Source: an uncultured Thermodesulfobacteriaceae bacterium (lineage in GTDB: Bacteria > Desulfobacterota > Dissulfuribacteria > Dissulfuribacterales > UBA3076). From it: DNA of 64,000 nt. A program made the position numbers and the translations under genes. The stretch's first letter is position 1; each line of letters begins with the position of its first letter. The stretch spans positions 14,897-78,896 of the forward strand of contig CAZYEJ010000002.1 of NCBI GenBank assembly GCA_964646435.1, read 5' to 3'. Below are positions 56,511-64,000 of the stretch, piece after piece. The notes beneath the pieces are model-generated. The model made no database searches. It was given only the letters and a program-made list of their open reading frames with translations, and was not told the DNA's origin.

Positions 56511-57233
56511 ATGCTTCAATGCCTCCCGGATGGCCAGGCTGATGGTTTACGTTGTATAAGTTTCACCAGGTGGGGCGGCGTGAGTCTGCCGCCTTATAAT
56601 GAGCTCAACATCGGTTTCAATGTGGGCGATGACCATGAGGCCGTAGAGGAAAACCGGCAAATCGTCCACACAATGCTTGATGCCAGGGAATTGGTCAGTT
56701 CCGGGCAGGTTCACAGTAGCCGCCTTGCAGTGGTGGGGGGACCTGTTCAGGAGGAAGGACTTGTTGGCGTTGATGGCTTATTGACTGACGTGCGTGGTGT
56801 GGCCCTGTTAATACAGCATGCTGATTGCCAGGCCGTGGTTCTTTATGACCCGGGAAAGAAGGCAATAGCCAATATACATTGCGGCTGGAAAGGAAGTGTT
56901 TCAGGCATCCTTATTAAGGCAGTAAGAAAGATGGCAGAGGCTTACTCCTCCCGTCCGCAAGATCTCTGGGCATCTGTAAGCCCATCTCTGGGGCCGTGCT
57001 GTGCGGAATTTAAGGATTGGAAAAGTTTACTCCCAAGGACTCTCCACAATTTTCAAACTGCTCCGGCCCATTTCGATTTCTGGGCCATAACCCGTTGGCA
57101 GCTCAAATCTGCCGGGCTGCCTTCTGAACAGATAGAGCTTAGCCGCATATGTACTGCATGTTCCGAGGACTATTTCTCCTACAGGAGGGAAGGCCTGACC
57201 GGTAGATGCGCAACGGCCATTATGTTGACATAA
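56511..57233 (+). CDS. pgeF: Peptidoglycan editing factor PgeF (YfiH/laccase-domain family)
   Basis: 'QVHS', 'ADCQAVVLYD' and 'HCGWKG'. The start is moved to ATG 56511. The 5' extension in the track ORF is made of the 'gtaaccgttcacgg' repeat. Confidence 0.85.
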   Translation: MLQCLPDGQADGLRCISFTRWGGVSLPPYNELNIGFNVGDDHEAVEENRQIVHTMLDARELVSSGQVHSSRLAVVGGPVQEEGLVGVDGLLTDVRGVALLIQHADCQAVVLYDPGKKAIANIHCGWKGSVSGILIKAVRKMAEAYSSRPQDLWASVSPSLGPCCAEFKDWKSLLPRTLHNFQTAPAHFDFWAITRWQLKSAGLPSEQIELSRICTACSEDYFSYRREGLTGRCATAIMLT

Positions 57234-57255
57234 ATCAGGAGAGATGGAAATTAAT

Positions 57256-57331
57256 TGGCGGTCCCAAGGGGAATCGAACCCCTGTTTCCGGCGTGAGAGG
57301 CCAGCGTCCTAGACCCCTAGACGATGGGACC
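57256..57331 (-). tRNA. tRNA-Glu (anticodon CTC)
   Basis: The reverse complement 'GGTCCCATCGTCTAGGGGTCTAGGACGCTGGCCTCTCACGCCGGAAACAGGGGTTCGATTCCCCTTGGGACCGCCA' is colinear with E. coli tRNA-Glu. The anticodon loop is CTCTCAC. Confidence 0.9.
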
Positions 57332-57382
57332 GTTATGTAATGACGGAACGTAAAATAAATGTCTAGACCAGTTATGTCAACC

Positions 57383-58300
57383 CTAAAAGTAACCGTTTAG
57401 GTACAAAGGTTTAGGATTCTGAAAATAATCCTGGTGCCAGTTTTCCGGTACCGGCATCTTTTGATATAACTGTGATCGCCGGGCCTCAAGTAAAAGCCTC
57501 GGTTTGCCCATAAAATCCGCTCCGCAACAGACTTTTCCCCCGGAAGTCTTTCTCAGATTATCCAGCCAGACAGCACCCTCTTCGCAGCGCAGCAAGTGAT
57601 GGTCAAGGATAAGTGTATCCACATTCCGCGCTAAACGCAGACCATTCTCCCAAGCTTGTTTCCGTAGTGTGGCAGTAAAAAAGCTGAGATAGATAGGAGG
57701 ACCGGAGGCAAACACGATGTCAGGCTGCCACTCGAGAATCTTTTCTACTGTTGCATCATCCAGGAGTTGGATATCGGAAGCATGCACAAATATACTGTCT
57801 CCCATATCGATCCGTGTCATCATAACACCACCAAACCTGCCCTCTGGTGAGCCATGAGGCACTGCCTCGGAAAACCTAAGTGGCCCATCAGAACAGCCCT
57901 CTGCAAATTTCATATTAGGACCGAGCAGTTCTGCCAATTCAAATGCGCGTAGTTGGATTTTGGGCGACAGGTCCTTGTCGGATTTACTCCAGCAGCGCAG
58001 GTTCTTAAAGTGTATTGGAAGTTGTTGAAACGAAAGTTGAAAAGGATTCGCATGGAGTAGAGGTATGTGGTCGCCATGGAAATGGCTGAATACCACATCA
58101 GTGGCAGTCTCCAATGCATTTATTATGTCTTGCCGGACCTTTTGACCTACCGCTACCTGATATGGGTGAGGAAGCAAGCCGTTGCGCATATATCCCAGGG
58201 CAACGCCCGGATCAATGACTATCCGGCGTTCCCTGATCTTTACCAGGCAGCAAAGGCCACGAACCCCCAGGGATTCTGTACCTATTATTTCAATAGTCAT
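57383..58300 (-). CDS. MBL-fold superfamily protein of unknown specificity
   Basis: 305 aa with 'VVFSHFHGDHIPL' (HxHxDH) and later His/Asp ligand candidates ('VPHGSP', 'HASD', 'LDHH'). Confidence 0.5.
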   Translation of the reverse strand: MTIEIIGTESLGVRGLCCLVKIRERRIVIDPGVALGYMRNGLLPHPYQVAVGQKVRQDIINALETATDVVFSHFHGDHIPLLHANPFQLSFQQLPIHFKNLRCWSKSDKDLSPKIQLRAFELAELLGPNMKFAEGCSDGPLRFSEAVPHGSPEGRFGGVMMTRIDMGDSIFVHASDIQLLDDATVEKILEWQPDIVFASGPPIYLSFFTATLRKQAWENGLRLARNVDTLILDHHLLRCEEGAVWLDNLRKTSGGKVCCGADFMGKPRLLLEARRSQLYQKMPVPENWHQDYFQNPKPLYLNGYF

Positions 58301-58309
58301 AGAAGTAGC

Positions 58310-59560
58310 TCATAAATCCTTTTCAAGACCTGACACCTGCTGCTTCATCCACCACAGAAGTATCAGTCCGGGAAGGGCCACCAAGGTTGTGATGAAAAAG
58401 AACTGTGGCCATCCCACCCAGTTGACCAAAAATCCTGATGGTGGCCCAACAAAGACCCTCCCCAAAGAGGCAAGGGCTGATAACAGGGCATACTGGGTTG
58501 CTGTAAAACGATGGTTACAGAGTGCCATAAGAAAGGCCACAAAGGCTGCTGTACCCATGCCCCCGGATAGATTTTCAAAACCAACTGCAGCAATCATTGC
58601 AATGTAGCTCTTGCCGATCCAGGCAAGCACCATGAAGGAAAGATTGGATATTGCCTGCAACACCCCGAAAAACATGAGCGCGCCAAAGAGTCCGATCTTG
58701 GCCATGAGTCCTCCCCCTAACAGGGCACCCCCAATAGTGGCGACAAGACCAAACCCCTTGTTTATTGTCCCTACGTCAGTAGGGCTAAAACCAACTCCGC
58801 GGATAAGAAAGGCAGTAGTCAAAGTACCGGCAAAGGCATCCCCAAGCTTGTAAAGTACAATAAGTGTTAACATGGAAATGGCTGCAGGCCTTGAAAAGAA
58901 TTCCTTTAAAGGGCCGGAAATCGCTTCAGCCATGCTCCTTGGCGGCGAAAGCGAAAGCCTTGGCTCCGGGCCCGCAACAGTTCCAAGGATTCCTAATGAC
59001 ATGATACCTGCCATTAGAATATACGTGTTCTGCCAGCCTATGCGATCTGACAGTATGAGGGCCAAGGCCCCGGATACAAGCATGGCAATTCTGTAACCGG
59101 TAACTGAGAGCCCAACCCCGAAACCCCGCTCCTTTTTCTCCAGTAAATCAGTCCGATAGGCATCAATTACAATATCTTGAGATGCAGAGCTAAAGGCCAC
59201 CATCAGAGCAAGGCAGGCCATAAGAAAAGGTGCGCCCGCAGGAGCCGTGAAGGCCATGGTGAATATCCCTAATACCAGGATTCCCTGAGTGAGTAGTATC
59301 CAGCCCCTGCGTCTTCCCAGCCACGGGGGGCAAAAACGATCCATGACAGGTGACCAGAAAAACTTCAATGTGTACGGAATCCCAACAAGGGAAAAAAGAC
59401 CGATAGTACGGATATCCACACCATCCACTGTAAGCCAGGCCTGCAATGTCCCGCTGGTAAGGGCCAGGGGAAGTCCTGAAGCAAACCCCATAGGCAACAT
59501 GACTGCCAGCCGTTTTGAGGCAAGGAACGGAATTAAAGATCTGAGGCGTGAGATACTCAT
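58310..59560 (-). CDS. ampG: AmpG-family MFS permease (muropeptide transporter-like)
   Basis: 'LAVMLPMGFASGLPLALTSGTLQAWL' and 12-14 TM segments. The start is moved to 'MSISRL' (59560). Confidence 0.8.
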   Translation of the reverse strand: MSISRLRSLIPFLASKRLAVMLPMGFASGLPLALTSGTLQAWLTVDGVDIRTIGLFSLVGIPYTLKFFWSPVMDRFCPPWLGRRRGWILLTQGILVLGIFTMAFTAPAGAPFLMACLALMVAFSSASQDIVIDAYRTDLLEKKERGFGVGLSVTGYRIAMLVSGALALILSDRIGWQNTYILMAGIMSLGILGTVAGPEPRLSLSPPRSMAEAISGPLKEFFSRPAAISMLTLIVLYKLGDAFAGTLTTAFLIRGVGFSPTDVGTINKGFGLVATIGGALLGGGLMAKIGLFGALMFFGVLQAISNLSFMVLAWIGKSYIAMIAAVGFENLSGGMGTAAFVAFLMALCNHRFTATQYALLSALASLGRVFVGPPSGFLVNWVGWPQFFFITTLVALPGLILLWWMKQQVSGLEKDL

Positions 59561-59751
59561 ATATGGACAAAGACGTGGTCTATGATTTTGCAATTTCCTT
59601 TTGCAGAGACAGTAATAATAAATTATAACATTTTTAGAAAAATTAGGCATAATTATACTGCAAGAAACCTGAAGCATGATTTTGCTCAAAAAGTCTGAGA
59701 TGCAAGGCGCTGAGATTAGTTAAGGCTCAAAGAATTATCGCAATCAACCTC

Positions 59752-59788
59752 TTTCAGTTTCAGGCTTTCAGCTTCAGGCTTTCAGCTC
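59752..59788. repeat. Tandem heptamer array (TTTCAGY/TTCAGGC)
   Basis: 'tttcagt ttcaggc tttcagc ttcaggc tttcagc', in the spacer between ampG and the divergently transcribed 59854 gene (upstream of both). Confidence 0.8.
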
Positions 59789-59853
59789 TTATGCAACGTT
59801 GCAGATTGAGTTTTTCAGCGGAATCATCTGATTAAATTTTTGGTCCTAAGCCA

Positions 59854-60885
59854 ATGATAAATTTTTTAGAACAAAGCTTTACTCACGCCCTGATGATTAC
59901 CGGCTTTGTCTTTATGATGATGCTGTTAATTGAGTATCTGAACGTCCTTTCCAGGGGATTTTTACACCAGGAACTCCACGCCAGTCGATTGAAACAGTAT
60001 TTGCTGGCCGGTTTTTTAGGAGCAACCCCTGGTTGTCTCGGAGCCTTTGCGGCAGTAACCCTTTATTCCCATAGGGTGTTCAGCATGGGAGCTTTGGTGG
60101 CCACCATGATAGCCACCAGCGGCGATGAGGCCTTTGTCATGTTGTCCATGATTCCGGAAAAGGCCCTATTAATTTTTTTCATCTTGTTTCTACTAGGTAT
60201 CTTTGCGGGTTTTTTGACCGATACCTTGCTCGGGGATAAGGCGATCAGCCAATCCGGATGTCAACAAGAATTCGAAATTCATGAAGAAGATGTGTGTCAC
60301 TGTTTCCCCTGGGGACATATCAAAGAGCAATGGATACATTGCTCCGTGGCCCGCGGGGTGTTGTCCGTCACTTTGGTACTCTTTCTTTTCGGAATACTCA
60401 GCGGCAAGCTGGGGCCGCCTGCCTGGAACTGGATCAGAATCACCTTCTTCATGGTCTCAGGAGTGGCGCTTTTTATCGTATCCACAGTGCCGGAACATTT
60501 CCTGGAGGAACACCTGTGGGAACATATAGCAAAAATCCACGTTCCACGAATATTCTTCTGGACCTTCGGAGCGTTATTCCTTATGCACATTCTTATTGAT
60601 CAACTTCATCTTGAAGGCTGGATAGAGCAAAACCAGCTTATCATATTGGCAGTTGCGTGCCTGGTTGGGCTCATCCCGGAGTCAGGTCCGCATCTGATAT
60701 TTCTCACCCTGTTTTATCAAAATGCTATACCCTTCAGCATCCTGCTGGCAAGCTCCGTGGTGCAAGATGGTCATGGTATGTTGCCTATGCTTGCCGAATC
60801 CCGCCTTGATTTTTTCAAAATCAAGGGCATCAATTTATTTGTCGGGTTATGCGTGGGTCTGACAGGTTATTTGACCGGATGGTAA
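59854..60885 (+). CDS. Polytopic membrane protein, possibly of the putative 10-TM metal-transporter (ArsP_2-like) family
   Basis: 343 aa with about 10 hydrophobic segments. The family assignment is from memory of similar proteins only. Confidence 0.4.
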   Translation: MINFLEQSFTHALMITGFVFMMMLLIEYLNVLSRGFLHQELHASRLKQYLLAGFLGATPGCLGAFAAVTLYSHRVFSMGALVATMIATSGDEAFVMLSMIPEKALLIFFILFLLGIFAGFLTDTLLGDKAISQSGCQQEFEIHEEDVCHCFPWGHIKEQWIHCSVARGVLSVTLVLFLFGILSGKLGPPAWNWIRITFFMVSGVALFIVSTVPEHFLEEHLWEHIAKIHVPRIFFWTFGALFLMHILIDQLHLEGWIEQNQLIILAVACLVGLIPESGPHLIFLTLFYQNAIPFSILLASSVVQDGHGMLPMLAESRLDFFKIKGINLFVGLCVGLTGYLTGW

Positions 60886-60925
60886 TAGGGCGGTACGATC
60901 AAACCCATAATAGAAAGAGGGAGCT

Positions 60926-62305
60926 ATGAAAATAATTGTTGCAGGAACCGGTTATGTAGGTCTTGTACATGCTGCAGTGTGTTCAGAATATGGCCACGAA
61001 GTGTATGCGTATGACATTGACGCTGACAAGATTAAGGCATTTTCGACTGGTCAGACTGAAAAGATTGAAAAATACGTCAATGAACCAGGATTGACTAATA
61101 TCATCAAAGAAACACTTGGTAAATACCTATTTTTTACTTCTGATTTGAACTCAATCTTAGAAGGTACTGATGCTATTTTCATGTGTCTGCCGACTCCTCC
61201 AAATCTGGATGGCTCCACTAATCTTACTTTTTACAATGCCGCGGCTGAAAATATTGCCATGACAGTTGCAAAAAGGAAAGACAAACGCAGGATTGTTTTT
61301 GTGAATAAGAGCACCGTACCTATTGGGACAGCACGACACCTGCAGGAGATCATGGATACCCATGGTGTGGAAAATTTTGGTATTGCTTCAAATCCTGAAT
61401 TCCTGGCGGAGGGAACGGCTGTCGCTCAAGCACGAAGTCCGGACCGGGTTGTAGTAGGTTGCGACAACAAAGAGGACTTTAAAATTCTTCGCAGGGTATA
61501 TTCCCAATTTGTCAATCACGTTCGAGTAAAATATATAGAGAGCACACCTGAGTCTGCGGAAGCAATTAAGTACGTCGCCAATACCTTGCTTCTCACCTAT
61601 ATATCCTTCTGGAATGGCGTGGGAGCGAAAATTGGGGAAAAATACCCCAATGTCAAAATAGATGACCTTAGACTCGGAGTTACGGCAGACGACAGAATAA
61701 GTACCTGGGGATCATTTGTAAGCAACGGAGCAGGTGGAAGTTGTTTCGGGAAAGACATCGCTTCATTAATTTATCAAATGCGAAAAGTAAACGTGAGCAC
61801 GAAGATGCTTGAAGCTTCCTATGAAGTTAACGAATTTCAAAAAATCTACCTCATTGACAGGGCCATAACCGAGGTCGGATTCCAGTTCAATAACAAGACA
61901 ATTGCTGTATTGGGTTTGGCATTCAAGAAACACACGAACGACATGCGGGATGCTTCTTCCATCAAAGTTATTGAATCTCTGCTGGGTAAAGGGGTGGCCA
62001 AGATAAGAGCTTATGACCCTTTAGCAATTGAGACTGCAGCGACCGAGTTTTCCATATCTAAAAACATCCTTTTTGAAAAAATTGATTATTTCCATACAGC
62101 CAAAGAGGCACTGGAAGGATCTCACGCGCTTTTCGTTTCCTCTGACTGTGAAGAATTCCGGGGGCTTTCCCGAACTATAGAGAAAAGCGTTAAACCTCCT
62201 TACCTTGTGATGGACGGGCGGCGCATGATTCCGGATTTCGAAGAAATGGTTGCCAAAGGATTCAACTATTTGGCAGTAGGCGCGATGGCTATGAAACCAA
62301 AATAA
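60926..62305 (+). CDS. UDP-glucose/GDP-mannose dehydrogenase family protein (nucleotide-sugar 6-dehydrogenase)
   Basis: 459 aa with a Rossmann 'IIVAGTGYVGLV' and the catalytic region 'GAGGSCFGKDI'. Confidence 0.85.
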   Translation: MKIIVAGTGYVGLVHAAVCSEYGHEVYAYDIDADKIKAFSTGQTEKIEKYVNEPGLTNIIKETLGKYLFFTSDLNSILEGTDAIFMCLPTPPNLDGSTNLTFYNAAAENIAMTVAKRKDKRRIVFVNKSTVPIGTARHLQEIMDTHGVENFGIASNPEFLAEGTAVAQARSPDRVVVGCDNKEDFKILRRVYSQFVNHVRVKYIESTPESAEAIKYVANTLLLTYISFWNGVGAKIGEKYPNVKIDDLRLGVTADDRISTWGSFVSNGAGGSCFGKDIASLIYQMRKVNVSTKMLEASYEVNEFQKIYLIDRAITEVGFQFNNKTIAVLGLAFKKHTNDMRDASSIKVIESLLGKGVAKIRAYDPLAIETAATEFSISKNILFEKIDYFHTAKEALEGSHALFVSSDCEEFRGLSRTIEKSVKPPYLVMDGRRMIPDFEEMVAKGFNYLAVGAMAMKPK

Positions 62306-62327
62306 AACTCCATAGGGATATGAGATT

Positions 62328-63215
62328 ATGAAAGGAATAATCCTGGCTGGGGGTTCAGGAACGCGCCTGTATCCAATTACCCGTGTGGTAAGTAAACAAC
62401 TTATGCCTGTTTATGATAAGCCTATGATATATTATCCATTATCAGTGCTGATGTTGGCAGGCATACGTGAGATACTGATTATATCCACCCATGAGGATTT
62501 GCCCAGATTCAAAGAACTTTTTCGTGATGGTTCACAATGCGGTCTTTCCATCTCTTATGCAGAACAGCCGAGTCCCGAGGGATTGGCTCAGGCCTTTATT
62601 ATTGGAAAACCATTCATAGGCAGTGATAAAGTGGCACTTGTCCTTGGGGACAACATATTTTTTGGACAAGGGCTTCCAGACACACTCAGGAGATGCAGCA
62701 ACCTGGAAAAAGGTGGTATTATTTTCGGGTATTTAGTGCGTGATCCTGAGCGTTACGGGGTGGTTGAATTTGATCAACAGGGAAATGTTATCGGGATTGA
62801 GGAAAAGCCGGCAAAGCCTAAATCCAAATACGCTGTTCCCGGACTCTATTTTTATGACAACAACGTAGTGGAAATAGCAGAAGGCATCAAACCCTCAGCT
62901 CGCGGAGAACTTGAAATCACTGACGTCAATTTGGAATACTTGCGGCATAGTCAGCTTAGAGTAGAACTTTTGGGGCGGGGATTTGCCTGGCTTGATACCG
63001 GAACACATGAGTCCCTCTTACAGGCCAATGATTTTGTGCAGGCCATTCAGGAACGACAAGGGCTCAAGATTGCATGCATTGAAGAAATTGCCTTTCGTCT
63101 TGGTTATATAGATCGGGAGCAACTCAGAAACCTCGCCAAAGATATGTTGAAAAATAATTACGGCAAGTATCTGATGGAAATCCTTTCAGAGGAAAAAGCC
63201 GATGAAATTTACTAA
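62328..63215 (+). CDS. rfbA: Glucose-1-phosphate thymidylyltransferase
   Basis: '[18 protein letters not shown]' and 'LGDNIF'. Confidence 0.95.
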   Translation: MKGIILAGGSGTRLYPITRVVSKQLMPVYDKPMIYYPLSVLMLAGIREILIISTHEDLPRFKELFRDGSQCGLSISYAEQPSPEGLAQAFIIGKPFIGSDKVALVLGDNIFFGQGLPDTLRRCSNLEKGGIIFGYLVRDPERYGVVEFDQQGNVIGIEEKPAKPKSKYAVPGLYFYDNNVVEIAEGIKPSARGELEITDVNLEYLRHSQLRVELLGRGFAWLDTGTHESLLQANDFVQAIQERQGLKIACIEEIAFRLGYIDREQLRNLAKDMLKNNYGKYLMEILSEEKADEIY

Positions 63216-63759
63216 GACCTCCTTTCCTGATGTTTTTCTTATTGAGCCGGATGTATTCAAAGACACCCGTGGTTTTTTCATGGAAACTTACAATCAGAGA
63301 AAATATGCAGAAGCAGGAATAGACCAAGTGTTCGTTCAGGACAACTATTCCCACTCCAAGTATGGAATCCTTCGAGGACTTCACTATCAACTCAAAAATG
63401 CTCAGGGGAAATTGGTATTTGTAATAACAGGGGAAATATTTGACATTGTTGTGGACATACGAATCGGCTCACCTATGTTCGGGCAATGGTTTGGGGCTCA
63501 TCTTTCAGCGGAGAACAGGCGACAGATTTTTGTGCCGGAGGGTTTTGCCCATGGATTCATCGTGCTGAGTGAAAGCGTCGATGTTATATACAAATGTACT
63601 GATTTCTATACCCATGGGGATGAGTATGGAATTTTTTGGGCAGATCCAACCATCGGTATCGATTGGCCGATAAAAAACCCGATCCTTTCGGACAAGGATA
63701 GCAAAAATCCAAAATTAAGGGAAATCCAGGAGGAACTTCTGCCCGCATTTCATTCATAG
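63202..63759 (+). CDS. rfbC: dTDP-4-dehydrorhamnose 3,5-epimerase
   Basis: 185 aa with '[10 protein letters not shown]', 'RGLHYQ' and 'VPEGFAHGF'. Confidence 0.95.
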   Translation: MKFTKTSFPDVFLIEPDVFKDTRGFFMETYNQRKYAEAGIDQVFVQDNYSHSKYGILRGLHYQLKNAQGKLVFVITGEIFDIVVDIRIGSPMFGQWFGAHLSAENRRQIFVPEGFAHGFIVLSESVDVIYKCTDFYTHGDEYGIFWADPTIGIDWPIKNPILSDKDSKNPKLREIQEELLPAFHS

Positions 63760-63794
63760 TCAAATAAAGAATGCGGATAACTTGTCAGTGTTCG

Positions 63795-63868
63795 TGTGGG
63801 TCTGCTTGCCCTGTAGCTCCAGTAGATGGTACTTGGGGTGGCTAATTCAAAAAGTATTTTCACGGTAA
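63795..63868 (+). repeat. Dispersed repeat family D copy
   Basis: 'gtgtgggtctgcttgccctgtagctccagtagatggtacttggggtggctaattcaaaaagtattttcacggtaaa' matches the reverse complement of 14781-14856. Confidence 0.8.
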
Positions 63869-63872
63869 AAAA

Positions 63873-63910
63873 AGGCCGTTTCTCCTCAGAAAAACGGCCT
63901 TTATTATTTC
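63873..63910. terminator. Bidirectional rho-independent terminator (rfbC on plus, tRNA-Asn on minus)
   Basis: The stem 'aggccgttt' pairs with 'aaacggcct' around a 10-nt loop. It is followed by 'ttattattt' on plus and by 'ttttttt' on minus. Confidence 0.7.
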
Positions 63911-63985
63911 TGGCTCCCCGAGACGGACTCGAACCGCCAACCTAGTGGTTAACAGCCACCCGCTCTGCCATTGAGCTACCGGGGA
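63911..63985 (-). tRNA. tRNA-Asn (anticodon GTT)
   Basis: The reverse complement is 'TCCCCGGTAGCTCAATGGCAGAGCGGGTGGCTGTTAACCACTAGGTTGGCGGTTCGAGTCCGTCTCGGGGAGCCA'. The anticodon loop is CTGTTAA. The T arm is ggcgg-ttcgagt-ccgtc. Confidence 0.9.
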
Positions 63986-64000
63986 ATTAACGTGAGCTAA

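Overview
This window is a chromosomal segment of about 55 genes. The protein content looks like a Desulfobacterota or deltaproteobacterial-type organism, but that is inference only. Housekeeping genes dominate. The core is a complete division and cell-wall (dcw) cluster at 17.2-33.4 kb: mraZ-rsmH-ftsL-ftsI-murE/F-mraY-murD-murG-murC-murB-ftsQ-ftsA-ftsZ. It is followed by a minus-strand block: cdaR, cdaA, folP, ftsH, tilS and a homocysteine methyltransferase/MTHFR fusion. Other genes include typA, xseA, tsaC, mltG, clpB, cmk, rtcA, pgeF and ampG. Sugar-nucleotide genes sit at both ends (wecB and a sat-cysC fusion on the left; ugd, rfbA and rfbC on the right). There are two sensor kinases and three tRNAs: Arg-TCT, Glu-CTC and Asn-GTT. 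The only clearly accessory stretch is about 5.5-10.8 kb. It holds an IS200/RAYT-like gene with a mutated HUH motif, a decayed second copy beside a REPIN-like hairpin doublet, and a lone SAM methyltransferase. It also holds yefM-yoeB with a recognisable operator, a truncated group IIC-like intron, a parE remnant and a 130-bp GC-rich insert. I did not find a clean new multi-gene system such as a defence operon. The unusual signals are of two kinds. (1) The dcw cluster is atypical. The FtsI homologue lacks all three penicillin-binding active-site motifs, ftsW is missing from its usual slot, and murE and murF are fused. (2) The window is full of short tandem 7- and 8-nt repeat arrays and several 80-190-bp dispersed MITE-like elements. 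The arrays are read in frame inside murG (twice), ftsQ, murF and the murE-murF linker, and they supply the stop codons or C-terminal tails of several genes. All calls come from reading the ORF translations and the sequence by eye. No searches were run.
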